Shown here: positions 20,034-29,308 of the stretch, one piece after another | How positions within the stretch are numbered: position 1 is the stretch's first letter | How the letters are laid out: each line of letters starts with the position of its first letter | DNA from: an uncultured Actinomycetes bacterium | GTDB taxonomy: Bacteria; Actinomycetota; Thermoleophilia; RBG-16-64-13 | NCBI GenBank assembly: GCA_963841735.1 | Contig: CAWJDT010000001.1 | Location: 928,001-992,000, forward strand | Length of the DNA stretch: 64,000 bases | Reading direction: 5' to 3' | Translations under genes and position numbers: made by a program | The notes under the pieces: model-generated | What the model saw: only the letters and a program-made list of their open reading frames with translations | The model's database searches: none | What the model was told of the DNA's origin: nothing

Positions 20034-20533
20034 CGGATCTCCTCGGCGGTGTGGCCGGTTTTCTGTGCGAACGCCTCATTGGCAAGGCGCAAGGCCTCGG
20101 CCGCGGACGACGCATATCTGAAGTCGCCCGGTTCTCCGGAGTTCTCCAGTCGCCATCCCCCGAGTATCACCACCGGGCGGCCGATTTTGGCAGCCAGGCC
20201 GATCTCTGATAGGGTTCCGCAGCCACCGCCGATGGCGATGATCGCATCGCCGGAGCTCACGACGGCCAGATTGCGGGCGTGTCCCATCCCCGTAGTGAGG
20301 ACGTAATCGATATATGGATTGGCGAGGGCACGATGGTGGCCGGGAAGGATGCCGATGGTGGTTCCGCCCTCTTGTTTCGCGCCGCGGGCCGCGGCCTCCA
20401 TGACTCCCCCCAGCCCGCCGCAGACCAGCGTGGTCCCCTGTAGGGCCACCAATCGGCCCACTTCCTCGGCTAGCGCTTTCTCGGCGGCTCCGCAGACACC
20501 ACCGCCGATCACCGCGATATACCCGAGTTTCAT
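20030..20533 (-). CDS. TIGR00725 / LOG (SLOG) family protein
   Basis: CGGLGGVMEA, GILPG, ARN and GG..GTLSE motifs. ATGA overlap with the helicase stop. Confidence 0.88.
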   Translation of the reverse strand: MKLGYIAVIGGGVCGAAEKALAEEVGRLVALQGTTLVCGGLGGVMEAAARGAKQEGGTTIGILPGHHRALANPYIDYVLTTGMGHARNLAVVSSGDAIIAIGGGCGTLSEIGLAAKIGRPVVILGGWRLENSGEPGDFRYASSAAEALRLANEAFAQKTGHTAEEIR

Positions 20534-22836
20534 GGACCTAGGATAACATCGTCCCGCAGCATGGCCCCCAGTAGCCGCAGTGCCGCCTCCTTGTCGAGAG
20601 GCTCGTTCCAGTTGCCGCATTTGGGCGACTGGATGCACGAAGGACAACCGGATTCGCAGGGGCAGTCTCTTACGAGGTTGCGGGCGTCGCGCAACCATTC
20701 CGCGAAGCGCTGGAAGCCCTGGCGGGAGATCCCCACTCCGCCCGCGTGACCGTCGTACACGAAAATGGTGGGTTGTTCGGTCTGGCTGTGAACCGGCGTC
20801 GACAACCCGCCGATGTCCCAGCGGTCACACATGGCGAAGAGGGGTAGTAGCGCGATGAGGGCATGCTCCATCGCATGTATGGCCCCGGGTAGCCGAACCA
20901 GGTCTTCCGGCGAAGAGAGGAGATCAGCCGGGATTGTGAACCACATGGCTTCGGTGACGAACTCCTGCTTGGGAAGGTCGAGTTCTTCAGTGCCAAGCGC
21001 CTCGTTGCTGCCCAGTCGCTTCTTCTGGAACGCGACCACCTGACTACTCACCGTGATCTCACCCAGATGGAGAGAAACGGGGCCGCATGTCGTCTGCAGG
21101 TCTTCCCGGATGATGCGGGTATCGGTCTCGCGACGCGGTAGGGTCTGGTAGCTGTCCCAGAACGGCCGGACCAGAGCGGTGTGTCCGTCGAGATCGAGAG
21201 CGGTGACCAGGTAGGAATCGCCCATGTGCAGGTAGACCGCGCCCGGGTGGAGCGCTGAGAACGCGGTCTCAGCGCTCTCGGTGCCCACGATAGCCCCCGT
21301 GTCTTCTTCGACGATGGTGTACTGCTCCCCCGCGGCCGACCGCAGCCCGATGCGGGCCGCCGGGAAGTCGCTGCCGTTGTAGAACCAGGTGTCGTTCTTC
21401 GCACGCAGCAGTCCCTGGGCCTCGCCTTTCTCCAGCGCGGCCGTGAGCCGCGGACCGAAGAACTTCTGGTCATCGGCTGTGAGGGGGCCTTCGTAGGCTG
21501 CCGCGGCCAGATGATGGGAGTGGATGAAGGGGTTGGTGAAATCCACGGTGGCCGCCTCTACCTCGCGCCCAAGCAACTCGTTCGGATGCTTGACGAAGAA
21601 CTGCTCAAGAGCGTCGTTGCCGGCTATGAAGACGGCCAGGCTCTCTCCCTTGCTCCGGCCCGCTCGCCCCCACTGCTGCCATAGACTGGCCATGGTCCCC
21701 GGGTATCCCACGGTGATGGCGGCGTCGAGGGCACCGATGTCGATGCCCAGTTCGAGCGCGCTGGTGCTAACGACGGCCAGCATATCTCCCCCAAAAAGCT
21801 TGGTCTCGAGGCTGCGTCGCTGCTCAGGGGTGTATCCCGCTCGATAGGGCGTCACCCGTTCGGCCAGGCGGGGGTCGGTGTCCTTGAGGAGGTCCACCGT
21901 CTGCTGGTATATGACCTCCGCGGCCCGGCGCGACTTGGTGAAGCAGATGGTTCGGACACCGTTGCGCACGAGTTCCGCGAGCAACTCGGCGGCTTCGTTG
22001 CCGGAACTCCTCCTGATGTTGGCTTGGTCTTCCACCAGGGGGGGCTGCCAGAAGACTATCTTGCGCCGGCCGACGGGAGCACCGTCGCCGCTGATGTGGT
22101 CGAACTCCAGTCCGGTGAGATTCCCGGCGTGCTCTCGCGCGTTGCGGATAGTGGCCGAGGCCAGGATGAAACGGGGCTCGGCACCGTAGAACGAAGCTAC
22201 TCTCCGCAGCCTCCGCAAGACGTTGGCGACGTTGCTGCCGAACACGCCTCGATAAGTGTGGGCCTCGTCGATGACCACGTAGCGGAGGTTGTAGAAGAAG
22301 TCGTCCCAATGCTCATGGCGGGGGAGAAGGCTGACGTGGATCATGTCGGGGTTGGTCAGCAGCACGCGGGCCTTCCGGCGGGCTACTTGGCGGGCCGCGG
22401 TTGGAGTGTCGCCGTCGTACGTCGCGATCTCCACATCTCTGCCGGACAGGAGCCGCAGCCGGCGGAGCTGATCTTGTGCCAAAGCCTTGGTGGGGTACAG
22501 GTACAGCGCGCGGGCATGCGGATCGCGCAGCAGGCCGTCGACCACAGGCAGGTTGAAACAGAGGCTTTTGCCCGAGGCCGTGCCGGTGGTCACCATGACG
22601 TGTTGGCCCCGCTGCGAAGACTCCCAGCACTCCGCCTGATGGGTCCACAACTGAGTGATACCCTGAGCGGCCAGCGCATCGGCCAGTTGTAGGTGTAGGC
22701 CAGAAGGTACCGGAAGCGCCCTGCCAAGGCGGCTGGGGAGCACGGTGTCGGTCTCGACCTGCGGAAAACGGTCGTGAGACAGTAGGTCGAACAATCCCAG
22801 CTTCACCCGCGCCTGCCTTGAGAAGAGCGCTGCCAC
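20530..22836 (-). CDS. MrfA/YprA/Hrq1-family DEAH helicase with DUF1998
   Basis: TGTASGKS, PTKALAQDQ, DEAH, SAT and GRAGR motifs, with C-terminal CPCESGCPSC and CGN.N. Confidence 0.93.
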   Translation of the reverse strand: MAALFSRQARVKLGLFDLLSHDRFPQVETDTVLPSRLGRALPVPSGLHLQLADALAAQGITQLWTHQAECWESSQRGQHVMVTTGTASGKSLCFNLPVVDGLLRDPHARALYLYPTKALAQDQLRRLRLLSGRDVEIATYDGDTPTAARQVARRKARVLLTNPDMIHVSLLPRHEHWDDFFYNLRYVVIDEAHTYRGVFGSNVANVLRRLRRVASFYGAEPRFILASATIRNAREHAGNLTGLEFDHISGDGAPVGRRKIVFWQPPLVEDQANIRRSSGNEAAELLAELVRNGVRTICFTKSRRAAEVIYQQTVDLLKDTDPRLAERVTPYRAGYTPEQRRSLETKLFGGDMLAVVSTSALELGIDIGALDAAITVGYPGTMASLWQQWGRAGRSKGESLAVFIAGNDALEQFFVKHPNELLGREVEAATVDFTNPFIHSHHLAAAAYEGPLTADDQKFFGPRLTAALEKGEAQGLLRAKNDTWFYNGSDFPAARIGLRSAAGEQYTIVEEDTGAIVGTESAETAFSALHPGAVYLHMGDSYLVTALDLDGHTALVRPFWDSYQTLPRRETDTRIIREDLQTTCGPVSLHLGEITVSSQVVAFQKKRLGSNEALGTEELDLPKQEFVTEAMWFTIPADLLSSPEDLVRLPGAIHAMEHALIALLPLFAMCDRWDIGGLSTPVHSQTEQPTIFVYDGHAGGVGISRQGFQRFAEWLRDARNLVRDCPCESGCPSCIQSPKCGNWNEPLDKEAALRLLGAMLRDDVILGP

Positions 22837-22914
22837 TCGGCCTCCCTGCTGGTGCTCATGTTGCCATCATCGGTGGGAGAAGCGTAGTCCCCCGCCGCAG
22901 CCGGCGATATGCGA

Positions 22915-23811
22915 CTAAGGTTGCAGAGCGGCAGACGGGGTGCTGTGTAGGGTGATCACCACGATCTGCGGCCGGGCCAGGATGCGGAAGGGAAGTATCG
23001 TGCTCGTCCCGACGCCGTTGGAGACGATCACGGTCGTGGCGTCGTTGGGCACGACACCCGTGAGGTACTTCTGCCCGTAGCCAGAGGGAACGTAGGGAGC
23101 CCATAGCCCGAAGATATTGACCTGGCCTCCGTGAGTGTGACCGGATAGAGTCAGGTCCACAGCCCCAGGCGGGAGGCTCTCGCTGAAGTCAGGGTTGTGA
23201 GACACGAGCAGGACGAAGTCCTCCGGCCGAGCGTCCCCGAGAGCGGGGGCAAGTCGCGGCTCGTCCTCTTGGTAGTCGCTCACTCCGCCGATGCGGATGC
23301 GCCCGCCGTTATTCTCGATCCAAGCGCCGTCGTTGCGTAGCAGCGGAATGCCGGCGTCGTTCACTGCCCTGATGGCCTCGTCGGGACCGGCATCACCGTC
23401 GGCATCACCGTCGTAGTCATGGTTGCCAAGCACCGCGAACCGGCCCAAGGGAGCCCGCAATCGCGCCAGTTCGGCGAAGCACGATGCCTCGAAGTCGACG
23501 TTGCCAAACACGTAGTCGCCGCCCAAGACGATGAGGTCAGGCTCAAGCGCGTTGACCCGATCTACCAGAGCGGTCACCCGCTTCTGCGAAAAGAGCGTTC
23601 TCCGATGGATGTCAGTGAGCAGGACTACTCGGACGCCGTCGAACTCTTTCGGGAGGTCGGAGCTCGTGAACGTGTACTCCTTGACCTCAAGCCGGTAGGT
23701 CTCGGCAAAGCCATACGCGAGCGTCAGCGCCGCCAAAAGCAGAACACAGATACCTGCCCTCAGCCACCGCTTCCGACGCCGGCCGCGGGCCGGCAGAAAT
23801 CTAGGAGACAC
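22915..23811 (-). CDS. Metallophosphoesterase (YkuE/YaeI-like)
   Basis: DIH, GGD, GNHD, SHNPD and GHTHGGQ motifs, with an N-terminal TM. Confidence 0.9.
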   Translation of the reverse strand: MSPRFLPARGRRRKRWLRAGICVLLLAALTLAYGFAETYRLEVKEYTFTSSDLPKEFDGVRVVLLTDIHRRTLFSQKRVTALVDRVNALEPDLIVLGGDYVFGNVDFEASCFAELARLRAPLGRFAVLGNHDYDGDADGDAGPDEAIRAVNDAGIPLLRNDGAWIENNGGRIRIGGVSDYQEDEPRLAPALGDARPEDFVLLVSHNPDFSESLPPGAVDLTLSGHTHGGQVNIFGLWAPYVPSGYGQKYLTGVVPNDATTVIVSNGVGTSTILPFRILARPQIVVITLHSTPSAALQP

Positions 23812-23826
23812 GTCGGCGGGCAGTCC

Positions 23827-24855
23827 CTACCGAGGCACGCGAACGAGGTCGCGCTCGGCCAGCAGTTCAGCGATCTGCACTGCGTTCAGCGCGGCACCCT
23901 TGCGCAGGTTGTCGGCCACCACCCAGAAGTTCAATGCGTTCTCCACCGTAGGGTCGCGGCGGACGCGGCCCACAAAGGTATCGTCCAGGCCTGAGGCCAA
24001 GATGGGCATTGGGTAGACCTTGTTGCCGGGGTCGTCCATCAAGGTGACGCCTGGCGCCGCGGCAAGCAGTTCCCGGGCGCGCTCGACGCTGAGCGGACGA
24101 GCGAACTGGAGGTTGATCGCTTCGGAGTGACTGTTCTGCACGGGCACGCGTACGCAGGTGGCAGTGACCGCGATGCTGCTGTCGCCCATGATCTTCTTGG
24201 TCTCGTCGACCATCTTCTGCTCTTCTTTGGTGGAGCCGTCTTCAAGAAAGACGTCGATCTGTGGCAGACAGTTGAACGCTATCTGGTATGGGTAGACGTT
24301 GGCCTCTGCCGGTTCGCCAGCGAGGACGCGCGGGGTCTGCTCGAGCAGCTCCCGGACAGCTTTGGCTCCGGTGCCAGAAACAGCCTGGTATGTGGAGACC
24401 ACTACTCGTGTGATCTTGGCCTCGTCGTGTAGGGGCTTCATCATCACCACCATCTGGATGGTGGAACAATTGGGATTGGCGATGATGCCCTTGTGCCACA
24501 GGACGTCGTCCGGGTTGACCTCAGGGACAACCAAGGGGACGTCGGCATCCATGCGCCAGGCCGAGGAATTGTCAACAACGACGCAGCCGGCGTCGCGGGC
24601 TATGGGGGCGAATTTGAGCGAAGTCCCGCCCCCTGCCGAAAAAAGGGCCAGGTCGATCCCCTTGAAACTGTCGGGGGTGAGTTCTTGGCAGATGACTTCC
24701 TCGCCCCTGTAGTCAAGCCGGGTGCCGGCGGATTTGGCCGTGGCAAGCGCAGTAAGCTCCTTGACCGGGAAATCCCGCTCGGCCAGGATGCTCCGCATGG
24801 CTCTTCCCACTGCGCCTGTGGCGCCCACTACCGCGACTCGATACTCGGTCTTCAC
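23827..24855 (-). CDS. asd: Aspartate-semialdehyde dehydrogenase
   Basis: GATGAVG, DNSSAWR, NPNCST and DNLRKGAA motifs. RBS AAGGAGG before GTG 24855. Confidence 0.97.
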   Translation of the reverse strand: MKTEYRVAVVGATGAVGRAMRSILAERDFPVKELTALATAKSAGTRLDYRGEEVICQELTPDSFKGIDLALFSAGGGTSLKFAPIARDAGCVVVDNSSAWRMDADVPLVVPEVNPDDVLWHKGIIANPNCSTIQMVVMMKPLHDEAKITRVVVSTYQAVSGTGAKAVRELLEQTPRVLAGEPAEANVYPYQIAFNCLPQIDVFLEDGSTKEEQKMVDETKKIMGDSSIAVTATCVRVPVQNSHSEAINLQFARPLSVERARELLAAAPGVTLMDDPGNKVYPMPILASGLDDTFVGRVRRDPTVENALNFWVVADNLRKGAALNAVQIAELLAERDLVRVPR

Positions 24856-25050
24856 GACTCCTCCTTGCTTCACTGATAGCCGGGAGATTCTAGCATCGGG
24901 GGCAGGGTTCCGTGCCATGGAGTATCGTTATACTAAGCGGGACTCGGATTGCGAAGGGGGTCAGCGGGGTATTGAGGACAGAGTAGGCAGCGTAAGCTAT
25001 CAGCAGTATAGATTCGACAGGCACCAGGTGCATATCAGGGAGGTGGGATC

Positions 25051-26409
25051 GTGTCAGAATTCGCAGAACGCTCGGTAAGTCGTCGTGAGTTTCTCAAGAT
25101 CGCCGGTCTGGCGGGCGCGACTGTTGGCGTGGGCGCGGGCCTTGGTGGTCTGCTGGCCGCTTGCGGTGGAGACACCGAAAGCACGGGCACGACGGTGGTC
25201 GCCGACGCGGAGATGGGCGAAGAGGTCAAGGCCGGATATGTCATCCCCATCACGGGCAGCATGGCCGCTTTCGGTGTCGCCGCGCAGTGGCACATCGACT
25301 ACTTCAACAAGAACGTCTGGAAAGACGGCTTGGTCATGGGCGACGGCAAGAAGCACAAGTTCACCGTCATAGCTCAGGATATGCAGTCCGACTCCAACCG
25401 CGCCGCCCAGGTCACGGGCGACCTGGTCCAGAACCAGGGCGTGCAGCTCATTGGCGCCAGCGCCAGCGCGTCCAACGTAGTGCCGGTGCGCGATACCTGT
25501 GAGGCTATGGCATGCCCGTGCGTCACCTATGACTGCCCGGGCGACGCTTGGAACGCCGGCCAGCCCGCGGGCGGCTGGAAGTGGTCCTGGCACACCTGGT
25601 TCATCTTCAAGGACTTGGCGGCCAACTTCATCGCCATGTGGGACATGATTCCCACCAACAAGAAGGTCGGCGGTCTGTATCCCAACGACGCGGACGGCCA
25701 GGCTTTCTCCGGAGGCCTTCCGGCTGCCTTCCAGGCTCTGGGCTACGGCTACGTGGACCCGGGCCGGTACGAAAACAACACCGAGGACTACACGGCCATC
25801 ATCAGCAAGTTCCGCTCGGAGGGTGTGGAGATCGTGAACGGGGTGCCCACCCCGCCCGACTTCTCCAACTTCTGGAAGCAGGCCGTGCAGCAGGGCTTCC
25901 GGCCGAGGATCTCTACTGAAGCCAAAGCCATGTTGTTCCCCGACGGCGTGAACGCGTTGGGCGAACTGGGTGACGGGCAGACGGTGGAATGCTGGTTCCA
26001 CAACACCTATCCGTTCGTAAGCGAACTCACGGGTCTGAAGGCCCAGGACATCTGCGACATGTGGGAGGCCGAGACCAGCACGCAGTGGACCCAGCCCCTC
26101 TGTTTCTTTGGGCAGTTCGAGGTATGGACCGACATCATGAAGCGGTGCACCAACCCGCTCGACAAGCTCGCCATCATCGAGGCCACCAAGCAGACCAACG
26201 TGATGACAATCGGCGGCCCGGTCAACTGGACGGTGAATCCGGAGCCCTACTCTGGGTGGAACAACTTCTCCACCAAGGCCATGACCGGTGGTCAGTGGGT
26301 GAAGGATCCGAGCGGCAAGTTCCCCTACAAGCTCGAAATCGTTGCCAGCGTGACCCAGCCTGAGATAAAGACCACGGCTACGATCAAGGAAGTACAGTAC
26401 CCGGCGTAG
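25051..26409 (+). CDS. Tat-exported lipoprotein ABC substrate-binding protein (LivJ-like, type 1 PBP)
   Basis: SRREFLK twin-arginine motif, LAAC lipobox, P.TG and D.QS motifs. Confidence 0.85.
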   Translation: MSEFAERSVSRREFLKIAGLAGATVGVGAGLGGLLAACGGDTESTGTTVVADAEMGEEVKAGYVIPITGSMAAFGVAAQWHIDYFNKNVWKDGLVMGDGKKHKFTVIAQDMQSDSNRAAQVTGDLVQNQGVQLIGASASASNVVPVRDTCEAMACPCVTYDCPGDAWNAGQPAGGWKWSWHTWFIFKDLAANFIAMWDMIPTNKKVGGLYPNDADGQAFSGGLPAAFQALGYGYVDPGRYENNTEDYTAIISKFRSEGVEIVNGVPTPPDFSNFWKQAVQQGFRPRISTEAKAMLFPDGVNALGELGDGQTVECWFHNTYPFVSELTGLKAQDICDMWEAETSTQWTQPLCFFGQFEVWTDIMKRCTNPLDKLAIIEATKQTNVMTIGGPVNWTVNPEPYSGWNNFSTKAMTGGQWVKDPSGKFPYKLEIVASVTQPEIKTTATIKEVQYPA

Positions 26410-26435
26410 GCCGCGGCGAGAGACTGAGAAGCACC

Positions 26436-26473
26436 ACGGCGCGGGCCGGCGTTCACACGCCGGCCCGCGCCGT
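26436..26473. terminator. GC-rich hairpin terminator between convergent genes
   Basis: 17-bp perfect stem ACGGCGCGGGCCGGCGT-TCAC-ACGCCGGCCCGCGCCGT. Confidence 0.8.
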
Positions 26474-26529
26474 ACCTGTTTAGAGGCTGCGAGGGGTCGC
26501 CCGGCTCCCACAACGCCGGGACGTGTTGG

Positions 26530-28110
26530 TCAGCGTGTTCCGTGGAGCGCCATTCCGAGGGCTTCGGCGACCGCCTCGGCTTGGTATGGGCGCTTGAGGA
26601 CGGCAGCGAAGCCGTGTTGCTGATATCCCCGGACGTCCGCGTCGGAGGTCAATACCACGGGGGCTTTGAAGCCCAGCCCGCGTAGGGCGGTGGTCTGCAG
26701 TATGCCGCTGTAGCCGGAAGGGGTCACCAGATCGACTACCGCGACCGCGTAGGGGGAATGTTCTGCTTCGGCGCCCACCAGGGCAGCAGCGGCCTCGTCC
26801 ATAGAGGCGCGATGGTCAGTCACACAGCCCAAAGCGGAGAGGATGGTCTCTAGTTCGGCCCCCCAGGGCTCGCCCGCATCGATGATCAGTACTCGCGGAG
26901 GGGGCGAGCCGCCCTCGCCGGTGCTATCAGGGCCGTTCGGTGCCACTGTCGCATTGGTTCCGGACTCGGACACGGCGAGTCGTTGCTCGAGTTCGTAGAT
27001 GCGCTTCTGGAGAGAGAGGTCTTCCGCGGTGATGATGGTCGCCGAAGCGTTGCCTACGATGTCACGGAACTGAGCGATCTTGAGGCGGATATCCACCTGG
27101 CCCCCGTCCTTGCAGGTAACGGTGGTCGGGCCGGGGTCCGGGTGTAACGGGGCGAAAGGCTGGGTATGTCCCAGGACCTCGGCCGCCTGCCAGCCCAGTA
27201 GGTTCTCGGCGGCCCTGTTCCACATGGTGATGTGGCCTTGACGGTCCAACACCCAGGCAGCCACGGGCGCGATGGTGATGAAGGCCTCCAAGTCGGCCAC
27301 TGCGTCGCCGCGAGACTGCTCGGCGCGGATGCGCGAGATGGCGTTGCCGGTGATGGCTCCCAGACTGCGCAGAGCCGCCTTCGTCGCCGGGACGATCTCT
27401 TGAGCGGTCGAAGTGCCCATCACAAGGACGGCGACCCTGTCTCCTTTGTGAACAATGGGCACTACCTCAAGCGGGGGCCGACCATCCTTGGTGTCATCGG
27501 CCGGGCTCGCCGCATCCAGCTGGCCGGCGGTCGCTAGGAGTTCCAGCTTGTCGGGAGGGACCTGCCGCTGGGCCACTAGGTCGCATCCACCGGTCTCCCG
27601 GTTGATGGAGAAGACGCAGCCCCACTCGACGCCCTCCACGCGCATGGCCGCGTCGAGGGCCTCTCGAAGGGCCTTTTGCATGTTCTTGGTGCCCACGAGC
27701 GTGACCTGAAGGTCGGTTTCGACCAGGGCGAGGCTCTCGGCCAGCTTCTGCTCGGTGATGTCCTCGACCACTTCGATGAAGCCGGCGGGCTGGTTGTCGG
27801 GGCCGACAACGGGGCTGGCTCGTATCCGGGCGTAGTACCGGGTGCCGTTGTCTCTCCGCCCCATCGTCTCGATCTCGTGTGACTCCCCGGTGGCCAAGCA
27901 GAGGCGGCCGGGACAGTGGGGGCACGGTTCATCACGTCTCTCGAACTCCCGGTAGCACTTCTTGCCAAGCAGGGCCGTGATCGACTTGCCGTACAACCGC
28001 TCGTTGGCCCTATTGACCATGACCAGGTCGAAATCTATCGAGATGAAGTTCATTCCCGGCTCGACGCCGGGAGCGACGACCTCGGTTATGTCTTTTGGCT
28101 TTTCGCTCAT
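26530..28110 (-). CDS. PAS-GAF-PAS-receiver signalling protein with no kinase core
   Basis: Two PAS domains (N.A...EDITE; WNRAAE..GW), a GAF-like middle region, and a C-terminal receiver-like VLIID...VVDL...LTS...KRPY. Confidence 0.7.
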   Translation of the reverse strand: MSEKPKDITEVVAPGVEPGMNFISIDFDLVMVNRANERLYGKSITALLGKKCYREFERRDEPCPHCPGRLCLATGESHEIETMGRRDNGTRYYARIRASPVVGPDNQPAGFIEVVEDITEQKLAESLALVETDLQVTLVGTKNMQKALREALDAAMRVEGVEWGCVFSINRETGGCDLVAQRQVPPDKLELLATAGQLDAASPADDTKDGRPPLEVVPIVHKGDRVAVLVMGTSTAQEIVPATKAALRSLGAITGNAISRIRAEQSRGDAVADLEAFITIAPVAAWVLDRQGHITMWNRAAENLLGWQAAEVLGHTQPFAPLHPDPGPTTVTCKDGGQVDIRLKIAQFRDIVGNASATIITAEDLSLQKRIYELEQRLAVSESGTNATVAPNGPDSTGEGGSPPPRVLIIDAGEPWGAELETILSALGCVTDHRASMDEAAAALVGAEAEHSPYAVAVVDLVTPSGYSGILQTTALRGLGFKAPVVLTSDADVRGYQQHGFAAVLKRPYQAEAVAEALGMALHGTR

Positions 28111-28123
28111 GCTCTGATTCTAC

Positions 28124-29308
28124 CTAGTCTGGACGGTATCGCCATACGCCTAGGGCAAAGAGAGCCAATATCCAGATCCAGACGATGCCCATTGGGTAGA
28201 GAACGTCTCCTATTCCCCAGTCCTTCAAGATGATCCCATGCAGCGAGTCCATCACCCAAGCCGAGGGCAGGAAATGGGCCACCTGCGAGAACGAGGCGCC
28301 GGTTATCTCGAGAGGGAACCACGCTCCTCCCATGGCAGCAAGTAGCTGGGCGGAGATGACGGTGGTCGCGATGACGGCCTGCTCCGAGCGGAAGACCGAC
28401 GATATCAGCAGGCCGAAAGCTGAGGCCAGCATGGACAAGGAGATCATGGTGACCAACAGGGCGAGGGGGCTGTTGAAGTAGTCTACTCCGAAGGCAAACT
28501 GGCCCAGAAGCACCAGGAGCAGCTGCTGGAGAAAGGTGATGATCACCATGGCCGTCATCTTGCCGGCGACGATGTCACGGGCGCGCACTCCGGCGACGCT
28601 GAGCCGGCGGAGCAGTCCCTGGCGTCGCTCCCAGGTCATGGCCGCGGCTATGCCTAGCAGGCTGAAGAGCACCCAGTTGACCATGGAGCCTGAGGAGGAT
28701 TGGTCGAACCCGCCCGCGATGGTCTCTCCGCTGCTGCCGGAGTTGACAGTCTCCACCACCACAACCGGGTTGTCCAACTGGGCATCGGCCAGCGGGCGGG
28801 CGGAGGCGAGCAGAGCCTCGTCGACGGTGGCACCTGTCGCGAGGGAGACCTTCTCCGCGGCCGTCTGGGCCGCCAGCATCCCGGCGTTAAGTTGTGACAC
28901 GGCGTCCTGGACGGCCTCTATGATGGAGAGAGCTCCAGTGGAGGTCTCGGCGCGCACCAGAGCGAGGGTCACCGGCTGCCCGGCTATGACAGCGGCCCCA
29001 AAGCCTTCGGGGATGATGAGCCCGGCAGCGGCCTTCTCGTCATGGACGGCCTTGTCGACCTCGTCCGCAGTCATCAGTTTGAGATCGAGCAGGGACGACT
29101 CCTCCAGTCTCTGCACCAGCCGCTGCGCCGAAGGAGACCCATCGCCATCGGCGAGGGCAAGCGGCAGACCGGCGCTTTCAGCCTGGCCGATGACCACACC
29201 AAGGACCACGGTGAAGATCACCGGGAGCACGAGGGTGAAGAGCGTGGCCAGTTTGTCGCGCCGGTTTTCCAGGAGGTCCTTGGTGGCGATGTACCAGACG
29301 TGTCTCAC
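28124..29308 (-). CDS. ABC-2 exporter permease
   Basis: KDL N-terminus, large external loop, ERRQG.L.RL and GGAWFP motifs. GTG start overlaps the upstream stop. Confidence 0.9.
   Translation of the reverse strand: MRHVWYIATKDLLENRRDKLATLFTLVLPVIFTVVLGVVIGQAESAGLPLALADGDGSPSAQRLVQRLEESSLLDLKLMTADEVDKAVHDEKAAAGLIIPEGFGAAVIAGQPVTLALVRAETSTGALSIIEAVQDAVSQLNAGMLAAQTAAEKVSLATGATVDEALLASARPLADAQLDNPVVVVETVNSGSSGETIAGGFDQSSSGSMVNWVLFSLLGIAAAMTWERRQGLLRRLSVAGVRARDIVAGKMTAMVIITFLQQLLLVLLGQFAFGVDYFNSPLALLVTMISLSMLASAFGLLISSVFRSEQAVIATTVISAQLLAAMGGAWFPLEITGASFSQVAHFLPSAWVMDSLHGIILKDWGIGDVLYPMGIVWIWILALFALGVWRYRPD

Noticed and set aside
20530-22836. DISARM/Druantia-type defence system based on the DUF1998 helicase
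   Set aside because: It is a single MrfA/Hrq1-type protein among housekeeping genes, with no methylase, DrmA/DrmB pair or nuclease partners.
23389-23412. 12-bp duplication encoding DGDADGDA in the phosphoesterase
   Set aside because: It has only two copies, is in frame and lies in a probable loop, so it is most likely trivial slippage.
25054-26511. 485-aa antisense ORF, and similar ones at 2923-3954, 43146-44237 and 35854-36735
   Set aside because: These are shadow or alternative-frame ORFs expected from high-GC codon bias over real genes, with no recognisable motifs.
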